From NCBI RefSeq assembly GCF_004010195.1, contig NC_057719.1, forward strand, positions 89,736,959 through 89,800,958: a stretch of DNA of 64,000 bases, given 5' to 3'. A model generated the notes under the pieces. It was not told the origin of the DNA. It saw only the letters and a program-made list of their open reading frames with translations, and ran no database searches. Position 1 is the stretch's first letter. Every line of letters starts with the position of its first letter. Made by a program: the position numbers and the translations under genes. Of the stretch, positions 1 to 13,194 are shown in pieces. The DNA comes from Chiloscyllium plagiosum (lineage: Eukaryota).

Positions 1-75
1 CCTGACCTGCTGTGCTGTTCCAGCAATAAAGTTTCAACTTTGATCTCCAGCATCTGCAGACCTCACTTTCTCCTC

Positions 76-455
76 GTGACCTTATAGAGGTTTACAAAAT
101 TATGAGGGGCATGGATAGGACAAATAGACAAAGTCTTTTCCCTGTGGTCGGGGAGTCCAGTACTAGAGGACATAGGTTTAGGGTGAGAGGGGAAAGATAT
201 AAAAGAGACCTAAGGGGCAACATTTTCACGCAGATGGTGGTACGTGTATGGAATGATCTGCCAGAGAATGTGGTGGAGGCTGGTACAATTGCAACATTTA
301 AGAGGCATTTGGATGGGTATATGGATAGGAAGGGTTTGAAGGGATATGGGTTGGGTGCTGGCAGGTGGGACTAGATTGGGTTGGGATATCTGGTTGGCAT
401 GGATGGATTGGACCGAAGGGTCTGTTTCCATGTTGTACATCTCTATGACTCTATC
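76..455 (+). mobile_element. CR1 LINE 3' end (preceded by a family A PLE tail at 1-75)
   Basis: RGHRFRVRGERYKRDLRGNIFTQ...VWN...FKRHLDGYM; ctatga tail. Confidence 0.9.
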
Positions 456-2164
456 TGTAATATGTCATTATTTATTTCCCATTCTCTATGTTCCATATCC
501 TTCTCCATAGTAAACACTGATGCAAAATTTTCATTTAGTATCTCCCCCATCTCCTGTGGTTCCACACACAGCCAGCATTGCTGATCTTAAAGGGGCCATA
601 TTCTCTCCCTTCTTACTCTTTTGTCATTAATGTATTTTGTCCTCTGGATTCTCCTTAACCCTGTTTGTGAAAGTTTTTGTCCCGTTTTTGCCCTCTTGAT
701 TTCCCTTTTAAGTATATTCCATTGTACTCTTCTCGGGATTTGCTCAATCACTGTTGTCTGTACCCAACATATGCTTCCTTCTTATTCTTGACCAAAACCT
801 CAATTTCTCTAGTCATCCAGCACTCCCTGCACCTACCAGCCTTTCCCTTCACCCTAACAGGAATATATTGTCTGTGGATGCTTGTTATCTCATTTTGAAG
901 GCGTCCCATTTTCAAACCCTCCCTTTACCTGCTCACATCCGCCACCCTTGCTCCCCACCCCCGCCGCCACCAATCAACTTTTGAAAGTTCTTGCCTAATA
1001 CCCCAATTGTAGAGTGATGGGGAAAGCAATGGGCACCCAATCTGCATACCCGAATTGTTCACTGTTCCTGTTACATTGCACTGTGTTGTCGATGCATTGT
1101 GTACCATCTACAAGATGCACATCACCAACTGTTTGCCCAGGAACATATACTAAACTCTCAATTTTACCATCTAGTAAGACAAGAGCAGCAGGTGCTTGTG
1201 AACACCACCATCCAGGTTCAGACATACATTTTCATTTTTTTGTCATTGCTCAACTAGCTCCCTATCTAATGATTCTCCAATAATTAAACCTGAAGGAATT
1301 AGGCTGCTACTCTTATTGGTTAACTTTCCATGTCAGGGAACCTTTCTGGCAATATTTAGCACTTATCATAACATTAAAATGTGACTTGTAATGAACATGC
1401 CTTAACAATTTGGATCAGGTTCTTATATATGCAATTATAGAAACTCAACACTGTTGAATACATTTGAATGGAAAGTTGGTGAAGGACACTATAAGTGCAT
1501 TATGAGCAGGAACTTTTGCATTTCTGCTTTTAAATAGAATTTCTTGATCTCTTTTAAAGTTGTGGTGGCATTTTTACATATGTAATGGTGACTGCTATTA
1601 ATCTTTGTATTAATTTGTCAGTTTTATTTGCACCATTAAATTTCTCTTGCTATTCTGACGTGAAGTTAAGAAGGGACATAATCATATCCCATAATGAAGT
1701 ACTTGGAATTAGGTGAATGGTGGTGTCCTTTAGAAAAAAAGCAGCAACAAAATGTTTCAAGCGGTTTTACAGATTTTTTTCCCCTTACTGGTGTTGACAA
1801 CAGCTTTACTGTTATCTTTTGTGGATCCCCATTCCATTTCTCCAAATAATTGTTCAGATTCCACAAAGAGTTTCCCATCGTCACTTCCCTTCTATCTATT
1901 TTTTGGTTTAGCAGGAAAAATGAAAAACAATGGAAGAATTTCAAAGTTGTCATGTATATACAGAACATATTTTGACACTCCACGCCAGAATATGATGATG
2001 AAAGGTGAAAGGTTATCGGGTTCAGGTCACCTGCTCAGGGCTAGAGAGAAACTTACAGTTGAAAAGAAAGGATCCAACCAATTTTTATATATCTGCATTT
2101 TTTTAAATTGTGCTTCTCATTGCAGAGAAAAATGGCCTAAAATGTGTACCTTATGATAATGGTG

Positions 2165-2875
2165 ACCAAGAATAGGTTGTGGGTTGTAATGGGCTAGAGT
2201 GTGTGGCAAAGAATGATGGGCTAGAATGATGTCAGTGTTTAATGGGCTAGAAAGAATGCTAGGTGAGAGTGTGTTGCTGGAAAAGCACAGCATTTCAGGC
2301 AGCATCTGAAGAACAAGAAAACCGACATTTCGGGCTGGAGCCCTTCATCCTGATGAAGGGCTCCGGCCAGAAACATCGATTTTCCTGCTCCTCAGATGCT
2401 GCCTGACCTGCTGTGCTTTTCCAGCAACACATTCTCAACTCTGGTCTCCAGTGTCTGCAGACCTCACTGTCTCCGAGAAAGTATGGTAACCTAATAGCAT
2501 GGAATTGGCAGAAATGGAGAGGAGCAGATTATTTATACTTGTATGTTGTACCACGCTGGAAAAATAGTGGGAACAATGGACTGGAATGGTTGGTGGTACT
2601 TAGTGAACTGGAATAGCATGTAATGAGCAGCTAAAAGTAATGTGGTAGAATGGATGCTAGAGTATGTTGAGCTAGAACGAGTGGCAGGGAGTAATAGGTT
2701 AGAATTGGTAGTAAGGTGGAATGAACTAGAATGGCTGGCAGGGTGGAATGGACTCTAAGATGGGTGGAAGGGAGAAATGAATTAGAGTGAATGGTGGGAT
2801 GGAATGGGTTAGAATGTGTGGCAACATTCAATTGATCTGTGGTCGCTAGGTGGTTGCCCAAGAAAAACTGGAATC
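2165..2875. repeat. Decayed purine-rich minisatellite (gctagaatgg-like)
   Basis: Repeated tagaatgg / gggctaga / gtggaatg words, interrupted by the PLE palindrome. Confidence 0.55.
2264..2474. mobile_element. Head-to-head PLE pLTR palindrome (family A)
   Basis: Inverted arms meet at cccttcatc|ctgatgaaggg (~2350); ends in the family tail ctgcagacctcactgtctcc. Confidence 0.8.
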
Positions 2876-3529
2876 AATGGCTATTAAGGGCAAACTGTCT
2901 GATGGTTGAAGTCATACCTGACACATAGGAAGATGGTCGTGGCTGTTGGAGGTCAGTCAGCAGAGCTCCCAGGAGTTCGTCAGAGTAGTATCCTCTGAAT
3001 AGGATAGTCCAATAGCCCAACCATTTTCAGTAGTTCCATCAATAATCTTTCCTCTATAATAAAGTCAGAAATATGGATGTTCACTGATGATTGCACCATT
3101 TGCGATTCCTCAGACGTCTCAGAATAAGGGCCAAGCAACCCGTGACTGAGATGAGAAGAAATTTCTTCTTGCAGGAGACACAGGATGACTGGTTCCCATT
3201 TACAAAGGTATTATGTTACAACATAATAGCGAGCCAAATCAAACCAGCCTCGCTATCACTAATGTACAGCCCAGTGAAATTAAAATATTCAATTAACCTT
3301 CAAAATGTCCAATTGCTTTTAAGTAGGCTTTATAAAAAACAGATCTAGGACACCAAGTTTATAACTTAAACAAAAACTTAAAATTTATTATTAATAATGT
3401 AATTTTAACAGAAGACAGATAAACAACAAAGTAGTCTAATTAAAATCCACAACCTAAAGTTCAATTTTTTAATCATACCCCTACTCACGCACAGATGGGA
3501 ATAATTAAAAGAAAGCAAGGTTTGTAACT

Positions 3530-3660
3530 TAAAACCAGAAGAACAGAGGATGCTGTAAATCAGAATCAAAAAGAAATTGCTGGAAAAGCCGAGCAGGTCT
3601 GGCAGCAGCTGTGGGGAAAGATCAGAGTTAATGTTTTGGGTCCAGTGGCTCTTCCTCAAA
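3530..3660 (-). mobile_element. PLE pLTR remnant (family D) with degenerate hammerhead
   Basis: Minus strand tgaggaagagccactggacccaaaacattaac followed by a gctgccagacctgct tail. Confidence 0.6.
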
Positions 3661-4453
3661 ATGGAAGACTTGTAATTTACCAGTTCAATAAACAGTTTCC
3701 AATTATCAATACCAAGCTTTCATTAAATCCTTGAAAAATTGGTTGTTTACAGGCAGGTATATAAAATTCTGAAGTCACTGGTTGCAATAAATCAGGAAAC
3801 CCAACAGGAAAGGAACATTGTTTATTGTTGAACACCAAAACATAGCCACTATTCATGGCATACATAAACCAGTCCCAGCCCAGGGTAGAAAGTTCAGCTG
3901 ACCCATCACTGGGTCTGCTTTATAAAGGGCTCAAATGATAAGTTCCAGCTAGGCAGGCCATTGCCTGTTACCAAGAGAATTCATACTCAATGCGCTCCAT
4001 GATGAGATTAATTAGTGATCCGCCATGGTCCTTGTAGAGGTTATCACACCAGTTAATGTAAACAATTTCAGTGGACTTCTGGAAATAGGTAATTACTTTT
4101 CACAGACTGGGATTCTTTTCTCACAGCCTTTAACATTTCAAAAATTGTAGAGAAACTGGAGTGAGAGCAAAACCAAGCATTGGAATCACAATGCCTTCTG
4201 CCAACCAAGTCAAAACTGGCTCTCCCTTGATTGACCAATTCAGCATACAACTAGTTGCTGTCTGAGCATAGCATTCATTCAGCGTTGATTATTCTAAGTG
4301 TCCTGACATCAGCAATGAAGTTAGATTATCTTTCCAGGCCAGTTCAAGCATCGATGTTTGTTCTCTTTTAAAATAAGCTGATATTCAAAGTTCATTTCAA
4401 CTCACAGTTCCAAATCAAAAAATGAGAAAAATTAAATAAAAACTAATGAGGGT

Positions 4454-5740
4454 GTGATGATACTATGGCTTTAAGAGGGGGTATTTTGTCCTGCTGCTTT
4501 TTGGAGAGCAGTTTAAAAGCAGAGATCCTGCAGAGCTATTAGAGTAAACAGTTTGTGAGGCCTTTTTTTTTAAAATGGGTACAAAAGAATCAGTCTGAAT
4601 GGGTGGGGTCAAATTCCCACAGAACCAGGATTGTTTTGTTTCAGTAGCAATTGCTGCTGGAATCCTGAAGATGTGGAAGTTTCTTTTTGCTTCTCTCAGT
4701 TATGGCTAAAAGCTGGGGCTGCTGCTGCTGGAGTTGCATGTGTGACAATCTGTTTTTCTGAATTTGCCTTTGTCAAGGGAATGGTTAAGGGATGTTATTG
4801 TATTGGAACAGTTAATTGATAATAGCTATTGTTCTATTATTTGGTTAAGCATTTCATTATAGTTACAGCTAAGTTAATTCTTTTCTTTATTTTTCCTTTT
4901 GCTGTAATTTAACTATAGTATATGAATAAAGTATGTTTTGCTTCAAATCTGGTACTTTGATCACTTGATTTCCTTCTGGATTGCAATACTTTAAAATAAG
5001 AAAAGTTTGGGGTCTAGACTGTCTTCTTAATATATTTGGGGGGGGGGGGGGGTTTGGTCTAATCCATAACAAATTGGGGGCTCTTGTCAGGATTGAAATC
5101 TCTAATTCTTGATTGGGTTTAGGATTGTTGAATTAAAGACAGTGAATGGTACGTGTTAGTGTTTTTTTTTATTTCCGGTGTTGAATTCAGTTGGTTTAAA
5201 CAAGTGTGCCTTGTAGAGTAATAGCTCCTTCAGTCATTAAGAGTTTGCTGGGGATGGAAGAAGTCACTTCAGGAGTTTTACAGAAAGTGAGCAAGGCAAA
5301 GCTTTCACAATTGGCAATTGTCTGTGTCTGTGAGGAAAGGGGAGATAATTGTGGCAATTATGCAGTACTTACAACTGCCAGGAATGCAATCAGAATCTTT
5401 GGAAGTGGCTAAAGTCCATTTGCAAATGAAGCAGTTTTAATTAGAAGCAAAGACAAAAGAAAAAGAAGTGAAACTGTTTGAATTATGATTAAACGCAGAG
5501 GAAGAAGAAAAGCAGAGGAAGGCCCTAGCAGAAGGAAGGGAGAAGGAGAGAGTTTTTGAACTTCAGAGGTTGGAACTGATAACTCAAAGTCGACTTAAAA
5601 TGGCAGAGGTAGAGATGAAAAGTAGGTGTATTGATGAGAATAGTGATGGAGAGCAATCCGATCATAGCCAAAGACCTCATAGGGATCTGATTACATATGT
5701 CCAAGTATTGTCTAAGTTCAATGCGAGGGATGTAGAAGCC
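4454..5740 (+). mobile_element. Second Gypsy fragment: LTR (~4454-5071), PBS and 5' gag remnant
   Basis: TGTGATG...CATAACA followed by aatTGGGGGC PBS-like sequence; gag-like remnant (YVQVLSKFNARDVEA) related to the minus-strand gag. Confidence 0.7.
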
Positions 5741-5869
5741 TGCTAGGACCTTCCACTGCTTTTCTTTTTCCTCTACTTTTAATCATAATTTGAACAGTTT
5801 CATTCCTTTTTCTCTTTCTTTTTCTTTTGCCTTTGCCTCTAATTCCATTAGGGTGGCAAGTAGTCCAGA

Positions 5870-6198
5870 GGGCAGCACAGTGACACAGTGGTTAACACTA
5901 CTGCCTCACAGCTCCAGGGACTTAGGTTCAATTCCAACCTTGGGTGACTATCTGTGTGGAGTTTGCACGATCTCCCCATGTCTGCATTGGTTTCTGCTGG
6001 GTGTTTTGGTTTCCTCCCACAGTCCAAAGTTGTGCAGCTTAAATGGATTGACGATAGTGTCCTGGGATGTGCAGGCTAAGTGGATAAGCCATGGGAAATA
6101 CAGGGGTAAGGGGTTGGGTCTGGGTGGATGCTCTTCGGAGGTCCAGTGTGGACTTGATGGGTCAAATGGCCTGCTTCCACACTGTATAGATTCTATGA
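5870..6198 (+). mobile_element. HE1-like tRNA-derived SINE
   Basis: A/B-box-like head (gtggttaacactactgcctcacagc...ggttcaattcc), conserved body and CR1-like tail. Confidence 0.85.
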
Positions 6199-6202
6199 AT
6201 AT

Positions 6203-7158
6203 TGTTATGACATGGCGGTAAATCCTTCTGTTAACTAAACCAAACACCCAGGAAAGCTCACCTCGCCTCGTAATCTATTAAAATATGAGTAACAGGGAAC
6301 TCCCAAATTCTACTATTTAAAGAGATGATGTGGTGGTGCCAGTATGGAGTGGACTAGGGTGGGCAAAGTAAAAACTTACACAACACTAGATTATAGTCCA
6401 ACAGGTTTATTTGGAAGCACTAGCTTTCGGAGCACTGCTCCCTCATCAGATTCCTGATATATCTGTTGGATAAATAAATCTGTTGGGCTATAACCTGTTG
6501 TTGTGTTATTTTTAACTCTTTAAAGAAAATAATAAATTGATATTATTTAAGTGTGCATTAAACAACAACTATTTATAACTCTTAGCTTCCTTTCTCTTAA
6601 CTGCTTATTATCTGTCTCCAACTTTATTACAATATGCTGTTCCAATAAGACACCTATTAAAATTACATCAACTTAATTTCAAAACCACACAGCCAATGTA
6701 GTTTTCAGTGTCTGTCTTCCCACAGAATATCTCCTTGGGTCGTCGTCTTTCTTTTTTACTGCAAATATATTTTGTATGAAAAGGAACCTTTTGATAGCAA
6801 GCGTTTCCTAATTTCTTGGATCTGTGTTGATGGCAGTTGCTCTGTATAATTTTCAAAATTTTTGTATCCCCAACATCAGATCATCTCATTGGTTCGATGT
6901 TGGCAAAACAATAAATTCAAATTCGATTGGGTTTTAGTATCCCGGGGCATAATTTAAACTGATTTGTTAAATTCAAATTGTTGTCAAAACAGCAACTGAC
7001 TCAGGTATCCATTTCACAGCCAAATGTTACATATTTTCAATTTTCCAGTACGCGCTGAGACTGCCATCTTGTCATATCACAGATGCTTGTCAGCTCTCAG
7101 TTCAGAACAGCATTCACTCTCCCTTGAAGGAACAATACATGCCTTCAACTTCATTACA
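6203..7158 (-). repeat. 3' LTR of the Gmr1-like element (interrupted by a PLE palindrome)
   Basis: TGTTA...TTACA termini; homologous to 12500-12800 and 52021-52777; adjacent PPT. Confidence 0.85.
6328..6517. mobile_element. PLE palindrome (family B) inside the Gypsy LTR
   Basis: Inverted tatagtccaacaggtttatt/aataaatctgttgggctata arms; minus-strand CUGAUGA-GGGAGC..GCUCC-GAAAGCUA; duplicated tttaaaga flanks. Confidence 0.75.
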
Positions 7159-9284
7159 TCACCCCCATTATGAAAAAAAAATGAACCATCATAATGAAAA
7201 GATGGCTTCATTTGTTTTCTAATTATTAATCCCATCACAATGAAATAATCATTGATGGTCATTAATCTAAATATATTAATTACACACATATATGTAACAC
7301 TGGAATCTGTCCCATCTTATCTATACTTTTTCCTTTAATTCCACGATAACGTATCTGCTTTCACATTTTTCCGCAACATGTACAATTCGTAAATTAAAAG
7401 TCTGCAACATAAGACTCCAACGAAATAGTCTCAAATTTTTGCTTTTAAATCTTTCCAAGAATGTAAGAGGATTGTGGTCTGTGTACTCAACTGTCTCTGA
7501 CACATTGATCATCACATAAACATTAAAATGTTGTCAGGCCAGTACCAAACTCAATAATTCTTTTTCGATGGTAGAATATTTTCTCTAGTGGGTGTTGAGT
7601 TTCTTTGAAAAGTAGCTAATTGGCCTTTCAATTCCATCACCATCTTCCTGTAGCAGTACAGCTCCAACTCCTATATCACTAGCATCATTTGTAACTTTTA
7701 AAGGGTTTCAAAAAATTTGCTGTAGCTAAAACTGGTATGGTGATTAATATTGCTTTTAAATTCTCAAATGCCTTCTGGAGTTGTTCTGTCCACCAAAATT
7801 TTGTGTTCTTCTTTAGTAAATCTTTTAGCGGTGCTATCATGCTGCTGAAGTTTGGAACAAATTTCCGATAGAATCCACTGAGTCCCAAAAATTGAAGCAC
7901 TTCTCCCTTTGAGGATGATTGTGGAAATTCCTCCATGGCCTTTATCTTGGTGTTCTGTGGGGTCAGCCTTCCATGACCAATGTTATGTCCCAAGAACGTC
8001 ACCTCTGCCTTCACAAATTCTGTTTTCTTACAGTTTATTACCAATTTTGCTTCTTGTAATCATTCAAAGTGCTCTGCAACTGTACCATGTGATCTTCTCA
8101 TGATTCGCTAAAGATCACTACATCATCCAAATAGAATGCACAGTTTGTTAATCCAGCCACAACTCTGTTTATGAGCCTTTGAAATGTAGCTGGTGCGTTC
8201 TTCATTCCAAAGGGCATCACTTTGAATTGATATAGCCCATTTGGGGTTACAAACACAGAAACCTCTTTCACTTTCTCTGATAAAGGTACCTGCCAATAAC
8301 TACGCAGTAAGTCCAACTTTATGCCGTAACTGGCTTTTCCAACTTTCTCTATACAGTCTTCCAATCTTGTTATTGGGTATGAGTCTGATTTTGTTAAGGC
8401 ATTGATCTTCTGATACACCATGCAAAGTCATTGAGTCCCATCAGGTTTGGGAACTAACACGATCGGCAAACTCCACTCTGACTTGGTTCGATGATACCTT
8501 CGTTGAGCATTGCATCCACTTCCTTCTGGACCTGTGTGGCTTTGAGAGGATTATGTCTGTAGGGGTGTTGTTTTATCGGAACAGTGTTCCCTATTTCCAC
8601 CTCATATACAATAGTATTAGTCTTCCCCAATCTGATTCCTACATATGTCCACATATTGCTGTAACAAACATTTCAACTGGGTTCTTTGCTCCTGAGACAG
8701 ATAGTTCACTAATCAATCCCACTCCTCAAGGAGTTCCTCATTATTTAATGCATTTTGAGGCAGATAAAACTCTGCAACATCTGGATTTGATTCCTGCGGG
8801 GCAGTAACTAACACCTGTTTCTCCAGTTCCCTCTCTCTATTTTAGTAGGGTTTCAACATATTCACATGACATACCCAATACAATTTTTTTCTATCCGGCA
8901 TCTTTACCAGATTGTTTACCTGGCTTAACTTTTACTCAATATAATAGAAACAATGAAATCCCACTTTGAAGGTAACAATATTAATATGTCATCCCCACTG
9001 GAATACATCTGAATTTTAGAGTTTTTATCTGCCTCCTGCTTCATTCTATGCTTGCCCTCTTCAGGTGCTGTTTAGTTAACTCATCTCCCCAATTTAATTT
9101 CTCGCTCACCACAGATACATAATCCAAGTGTGAGGTCTCCGACTTCAGTCCTGTGAATTTTCTTTAATTAATTTCAAAGGCCCTCTCACTTCATGTCCAA
9201 ATATTAACTCGAAGGGAATAAGGGTTTAGATCAGAGTGGTGCTGGAAAAGCACAGCAGGTCAGGCAGCATCCGAGGAGCAGGAA

Positions 9285-9320
9285 AATCGACGTTTCGGGC
9301 AAAATCCCTTCATCAGGAAT
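9285..9320 (-). ncRNA. Minimal hammerhead ribozyme motif (family A)
   Basis: AUUC-CUGAUGA-A-GGGA-UUUU-GCCC-GAAACGUC-GAUU; lies in a pLTR insert 9222-9322 with TSD agggaataa (9213-9221/9323-9331) inside the Gypsy integrase. Confidence 0.75.
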
Positions 9321-9819
9321 AGAGGGAATAAACTGAGTAGATTTGTTTGGGGCATCACCAGTGACAAACAATACAAATGGGATACCTTTATCCCAATCAT
9401 TTGGTAATCCTGACAGTACACTCTTAGGGCGTCAAAGGTCCCTGGGCTTAAATCCCTGATTTAAAATGCTGTATGCCTAAGCTATCTATGACTTCCTTAA
9501 ACAGCCTAGTAGTAAAATTAGACCCTTGGTCTGACTGAATCTCTTTGGATAGTCCATACCACGTGAAGAGAGCTACTAACTCCTCCACTGCCTTAATACT
9601 CCGTAATGGAATTGTCTCTGGAAATCTGGAAGATACATCCATTATGGTTAGCAAGTACTGGTTCCCACTTTTAGTTTTAGGAAGGAGACCTACACAATCA
9701 ATCATAACCCACGTTAAAGTTCCTTTGAATGTGAAAATTGGCAACAAAGGTGCTGGTTTTATTACTGCCTGTATCTTCCCTAACATTTGGCATGGATGAC
9801 AAGTAGGGCAAAATGTTAT

Positions 9820-10128
9820 GGTGGCACAGTGGTTAGCACTGCTGCCTCACAGCGCCAGAGACCCGGGTTCAATTCCTGCCTCAGGCGACTCTCTGTGTGG
9901 AGTTTGCACATTCTCCCCGTGTCTGCGTGGGTTTCCTCCAGGTGCTCCCGTTTCCTCCCACAATCCAAAAATGTGCGGGTTAGGTGAATTGGCCATGCTA
10001 AATTGCTCGTAGTGTTAGGTGAAGGGGTAAATGCAGGGGAATGGGTCTGGGTGGGTTGCGCTTCAGTGAATCGGTGTGGACTTGTTGGGCTGAAGGGCCT
10101 GTTTCCACACTATAAGTAATCTAATCTA
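9820..10128 (+). mobile_element. HE1-like SINE inserted in the Gypsy integrase Zn-finger region
   Basis: ggcacagtggttagcactgctgcctcacagcgccagagacccgggttcaattcc...taatctaatct; splits PGMHKDVV / FCPTCHPCQ. Confidence 0.92.
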
Positions 10129-13100
10129 ACCACATCCTTGTGCATTCCAGGACAATAGAAATGCTTTTGTATCTTAGCCTGAGTCTTCCATACAGCTAGG
10201 TGACTTCCTACTAGTAGTTCATATGCTACCCATAACACTTCCTGTCTGTATGCTACAGGCAACACAGTCTAGTGCACTTCTGCCCATTTGTTCTCTGCAC
10301 TAACCTGCCGTAGTCTCCATTTTTGTCTTAGGATTCTACCTTTGAGATAATAACCGTCAGGAATATTCTCTGCCTCCTTTTCAGAGTATGCATTAATATA
10401 TATATACCTTTTATTATCCTGTATTTCTGTTGTAAATCCAGTAGCCTTTCAGGATGAAACACTTCTGTCTGACTCTGTGTCTGTTCAGGTTTTTTCTGCA
10501 GCATTGCATCAAACAGGGTGTCCATGAACTGAATCTCAACTCCTTCGTCTTTCTTTTTAGTTTTTTCTTCTTGTTGTGACTTATGAGAGTGGGATCTTGT
10601 TACTATACAGCCTGGAAAAGTTCTAGGATATTTTTCTTCTAACTCCTCAGTCCCCTGGTCTCCTTTGGTTTCTCCACCAGAAGGGGTGTCACTTCTATCT
10701 TGGATCCTGCTAAAGCGTTCCCAAGAACAAACTGTTTTTCTGGAACTGACACTCTGTCAAACACTCCCACTGTTAGTTCCCCAGTCTTGATTTGGCTCTC
10801 TGACCTGATCTTAAACAGGGGAATGTTTAATTTCTGTACATCTATTCCACAAATTACCACTCTCTTGGTTAACATGTCTGAAAGAGTGCAAATATGTTAA
10901 TCTGTTCCTATTAGAGACTGGTTAAATCCTGTAAATCTCAAAATTATAGCTTCTTTACTTTCTTGCCCTGTTCTTCCTGGGATCAGGCACTAACTCAATA
11001 CCCAGCCCCTGCCTCGGCTGTGCATTCTCCTGAAGCTCCTTGACTTTTCTTGTGGTTTCTATGACTACTTTCACTAATTCCATTGGCTTAACCTCTCTTA
11101 CCACATCTTTTCCCACAATGCCTTTCTTCAACGACCAGCACTGTGACATTATCTGTCGTACCTTACCACAGTGGAAACACCTGAGGCCTTTCACCTCATT
11201 TTCACCCTTTTGGGCTTCTTTTCTCACCTGTGGTAAACTATTACCAGTGTGCTCTGATCTTTGTTTTGTAGTGTAGGATCTCCCCTTCTCCCAATTTTCA
11301 TCCCTCACAACAGGATGAAATTTTCACCAGAAGCTAAATTCTGCCTTATGCACCAATGCATATTCATTTGCCATCTTTGCCACTCTTTTCACTTTCTGAA
11401 CTTTCAGTTCATTCACATGAATTCTTATCATCTCTGGAAATGAGTTTTTAAATTCTTCCAGCAGAATAATCTCTCTTAGAGCCTCATAGGTCTTGTCTAT
11501 TTTTAAGGCCAGCACTCACCTATCAAAATTACTGTGTTTAATTCTTTCGAACTTAACGTTAAGTCTGACCTGGTTCCTTCTTTATGTTTCTGAACCGCTG
11601 TCTGTATGCTTCTGGAACCAATTCGTAAGCACTCATAATAGCCTGATGGCCCCTCATTAGACTGCGCTGCAAATATCTCACTAGCTCTGCCTACCAGCTT
11701 AGTCTGAACTAGCATTACTCACAAGTTCTTTGACCACTCCATCTGCCTAGCCAATTTTTCAAATGAAACAAAGAAGATTTTGACACCTTTCTTATCAAAA
11801 TATGGCAATGTTTTAACATACTTATAGACATCACTACCTTCTCTCTTCATCTCCAACCTGTTAACTTGACTTTCCTGACTAATTCGTAACTTCTGAAGTT
11901 CAAATTATCTCTCCCTTTCTCTTTCTCTATCTTCTCTCTCTTATTACTCAGCTAAGAACATTCTCTCAGTTTCTTTTTGCTCCCTCTCTCTTTCTTTTTC
12001 ATCCCTCTCTTTCTCTTTCTTTATTTTCTTACTCCATTTGTCTCAAATGCAATTTCCGTTTTTCTAATTCTAGAATTTTTCTAATTCTATTGCACTTGTC
12101 TGTTTCTCTGACATGCCTAAGTGCTTGACCAACTCCATTACAATTTCAGCTTTTTTTTTGTCCCTGGTTAAACTCAATTCTAACTTATTTGCTAATTCTA
12201 AAGATCTGTCCGTTCTCTGTTTTTCTAAACTTTCTTGGCAAATTTGCAAAGCATCTTCAAATCCCGGAGCCTCTTTAGCAATCTTAACAGCCGTTTCCCT
12301 CACTTTTAATTTAACCAACCACAAGTAAAGAAAACTAAACAAATTGTCTCAACTACATTTTATTTGAAGATCCAGGACACTAATCAACAAGTGTTTAAAT
12401 CTGCTGGGACCTTTTGTACCCCAAATCGGTTCAAATTTCTCCAAATTTCAGACTGGATCTGTCAAAGCCTGTTCAAACCTCGGACCTGAACCACCAAACT
12501 GTTATGACACAGTGGTGAACCCTTCTATTAATTAAACCAAACACTCAAAACAATCACCTCACCTTGTAATCTATTAAAATATGAGTCACAGAGAACTCCC
12601 AAATTCCACTATTTAAAGAAAATAATATTCTTTAACTCTAAAAGTGAACATTAAACAACAACTATTCACAATTCCAAGCCCCCCCTTTCCCTAAACTGCT
12701 TGTTACCTGCCTCAAACACTTACACAATATACTGTTTCAATAAGACACTTATTAAAATTACATCAACTTAATTTCAAAACCACACATCGGTGGTCGTCTT
12801 CAATAGTTGGCTTGATACCAACAACATTCTAATTTGATCCTGACCAGGTGATCATGCTTTATGTACCTCCATGCAGGTACTAGAACACCTCCAGTAACAG
12901 TTCACTATTTTCCTTTCATTTCTCTCTGCAAATCCTGTTAAAGGATGAATGAGACATCTTAAAGACAGTGAGTCAATTAATTTCCAATGAAAGATAACAT
13001 TGATATGCAAACAACCATGTCTCAATATAAAGAACTAAACAGGAATTGAAAGGAAGAGAAAGAAAGCAACACATCATATGTGTCGCGCAGACTGATGCTA

Positions 13101-13194
13101 TCAATATCTGTTTTCCCTGATCTTCTATCTGTTGATGTCCATGTCTTGCCTGTCTGTGTGTCTCAGTCTGTTTGAGAGGAGGGCAAGATAAGAA

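Larger units (their letters stand above)
6203..12800 (-). mobile_element. Degenerate Ty3/Gypsy LTR retrotransposon, Gmr1-like domain order gag-PR-IN-RT-RNaseH
   Basis: Minus-strand ORF pieces: gag 12342-10955 with CFHCGKVRQIMSQC knuckle; integrase 9786-9448 (IDCVGLLPKTKSGNQYLLTIMD, IQSDQGSNF); RT 8421-8098 (MPFGMKNAPATFQR, YLDD); RNase H 7515-7321 (YTDHNPLTFL, RLFRWSLML). Related LTRs at 6203-7158 and 12500-~12800; PPT at 7159-7170; PBS-like TGGTGG next to 12500. Confidence 0.92.

Noticed and set aside
1789..1905. Resemblance of KIDRREV...LEKW to PPP1R14 (KYDRREL...VEKW)
   Set aside because: Needs a multi-residue gap and crosses the putative acceptor; most likely chance.
1752..2156. 134-aa plus-strand ORF with a signal-peptide-like start
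   Set aside because: No recognisable homology or promoter; splice signals fit the opposite strand better.
3213..4410. Possible solo LTR of another family (starts TGTTAC)
   Set aside because: No second copy, TSD or clear far terminus found by eye.
9820..9890. tRNA gene candidates at SINE heads
   Set aside because: A/B boxes continue into the SINE body and CR1-like tail in about 8 copies; not free-standing tRNAs.
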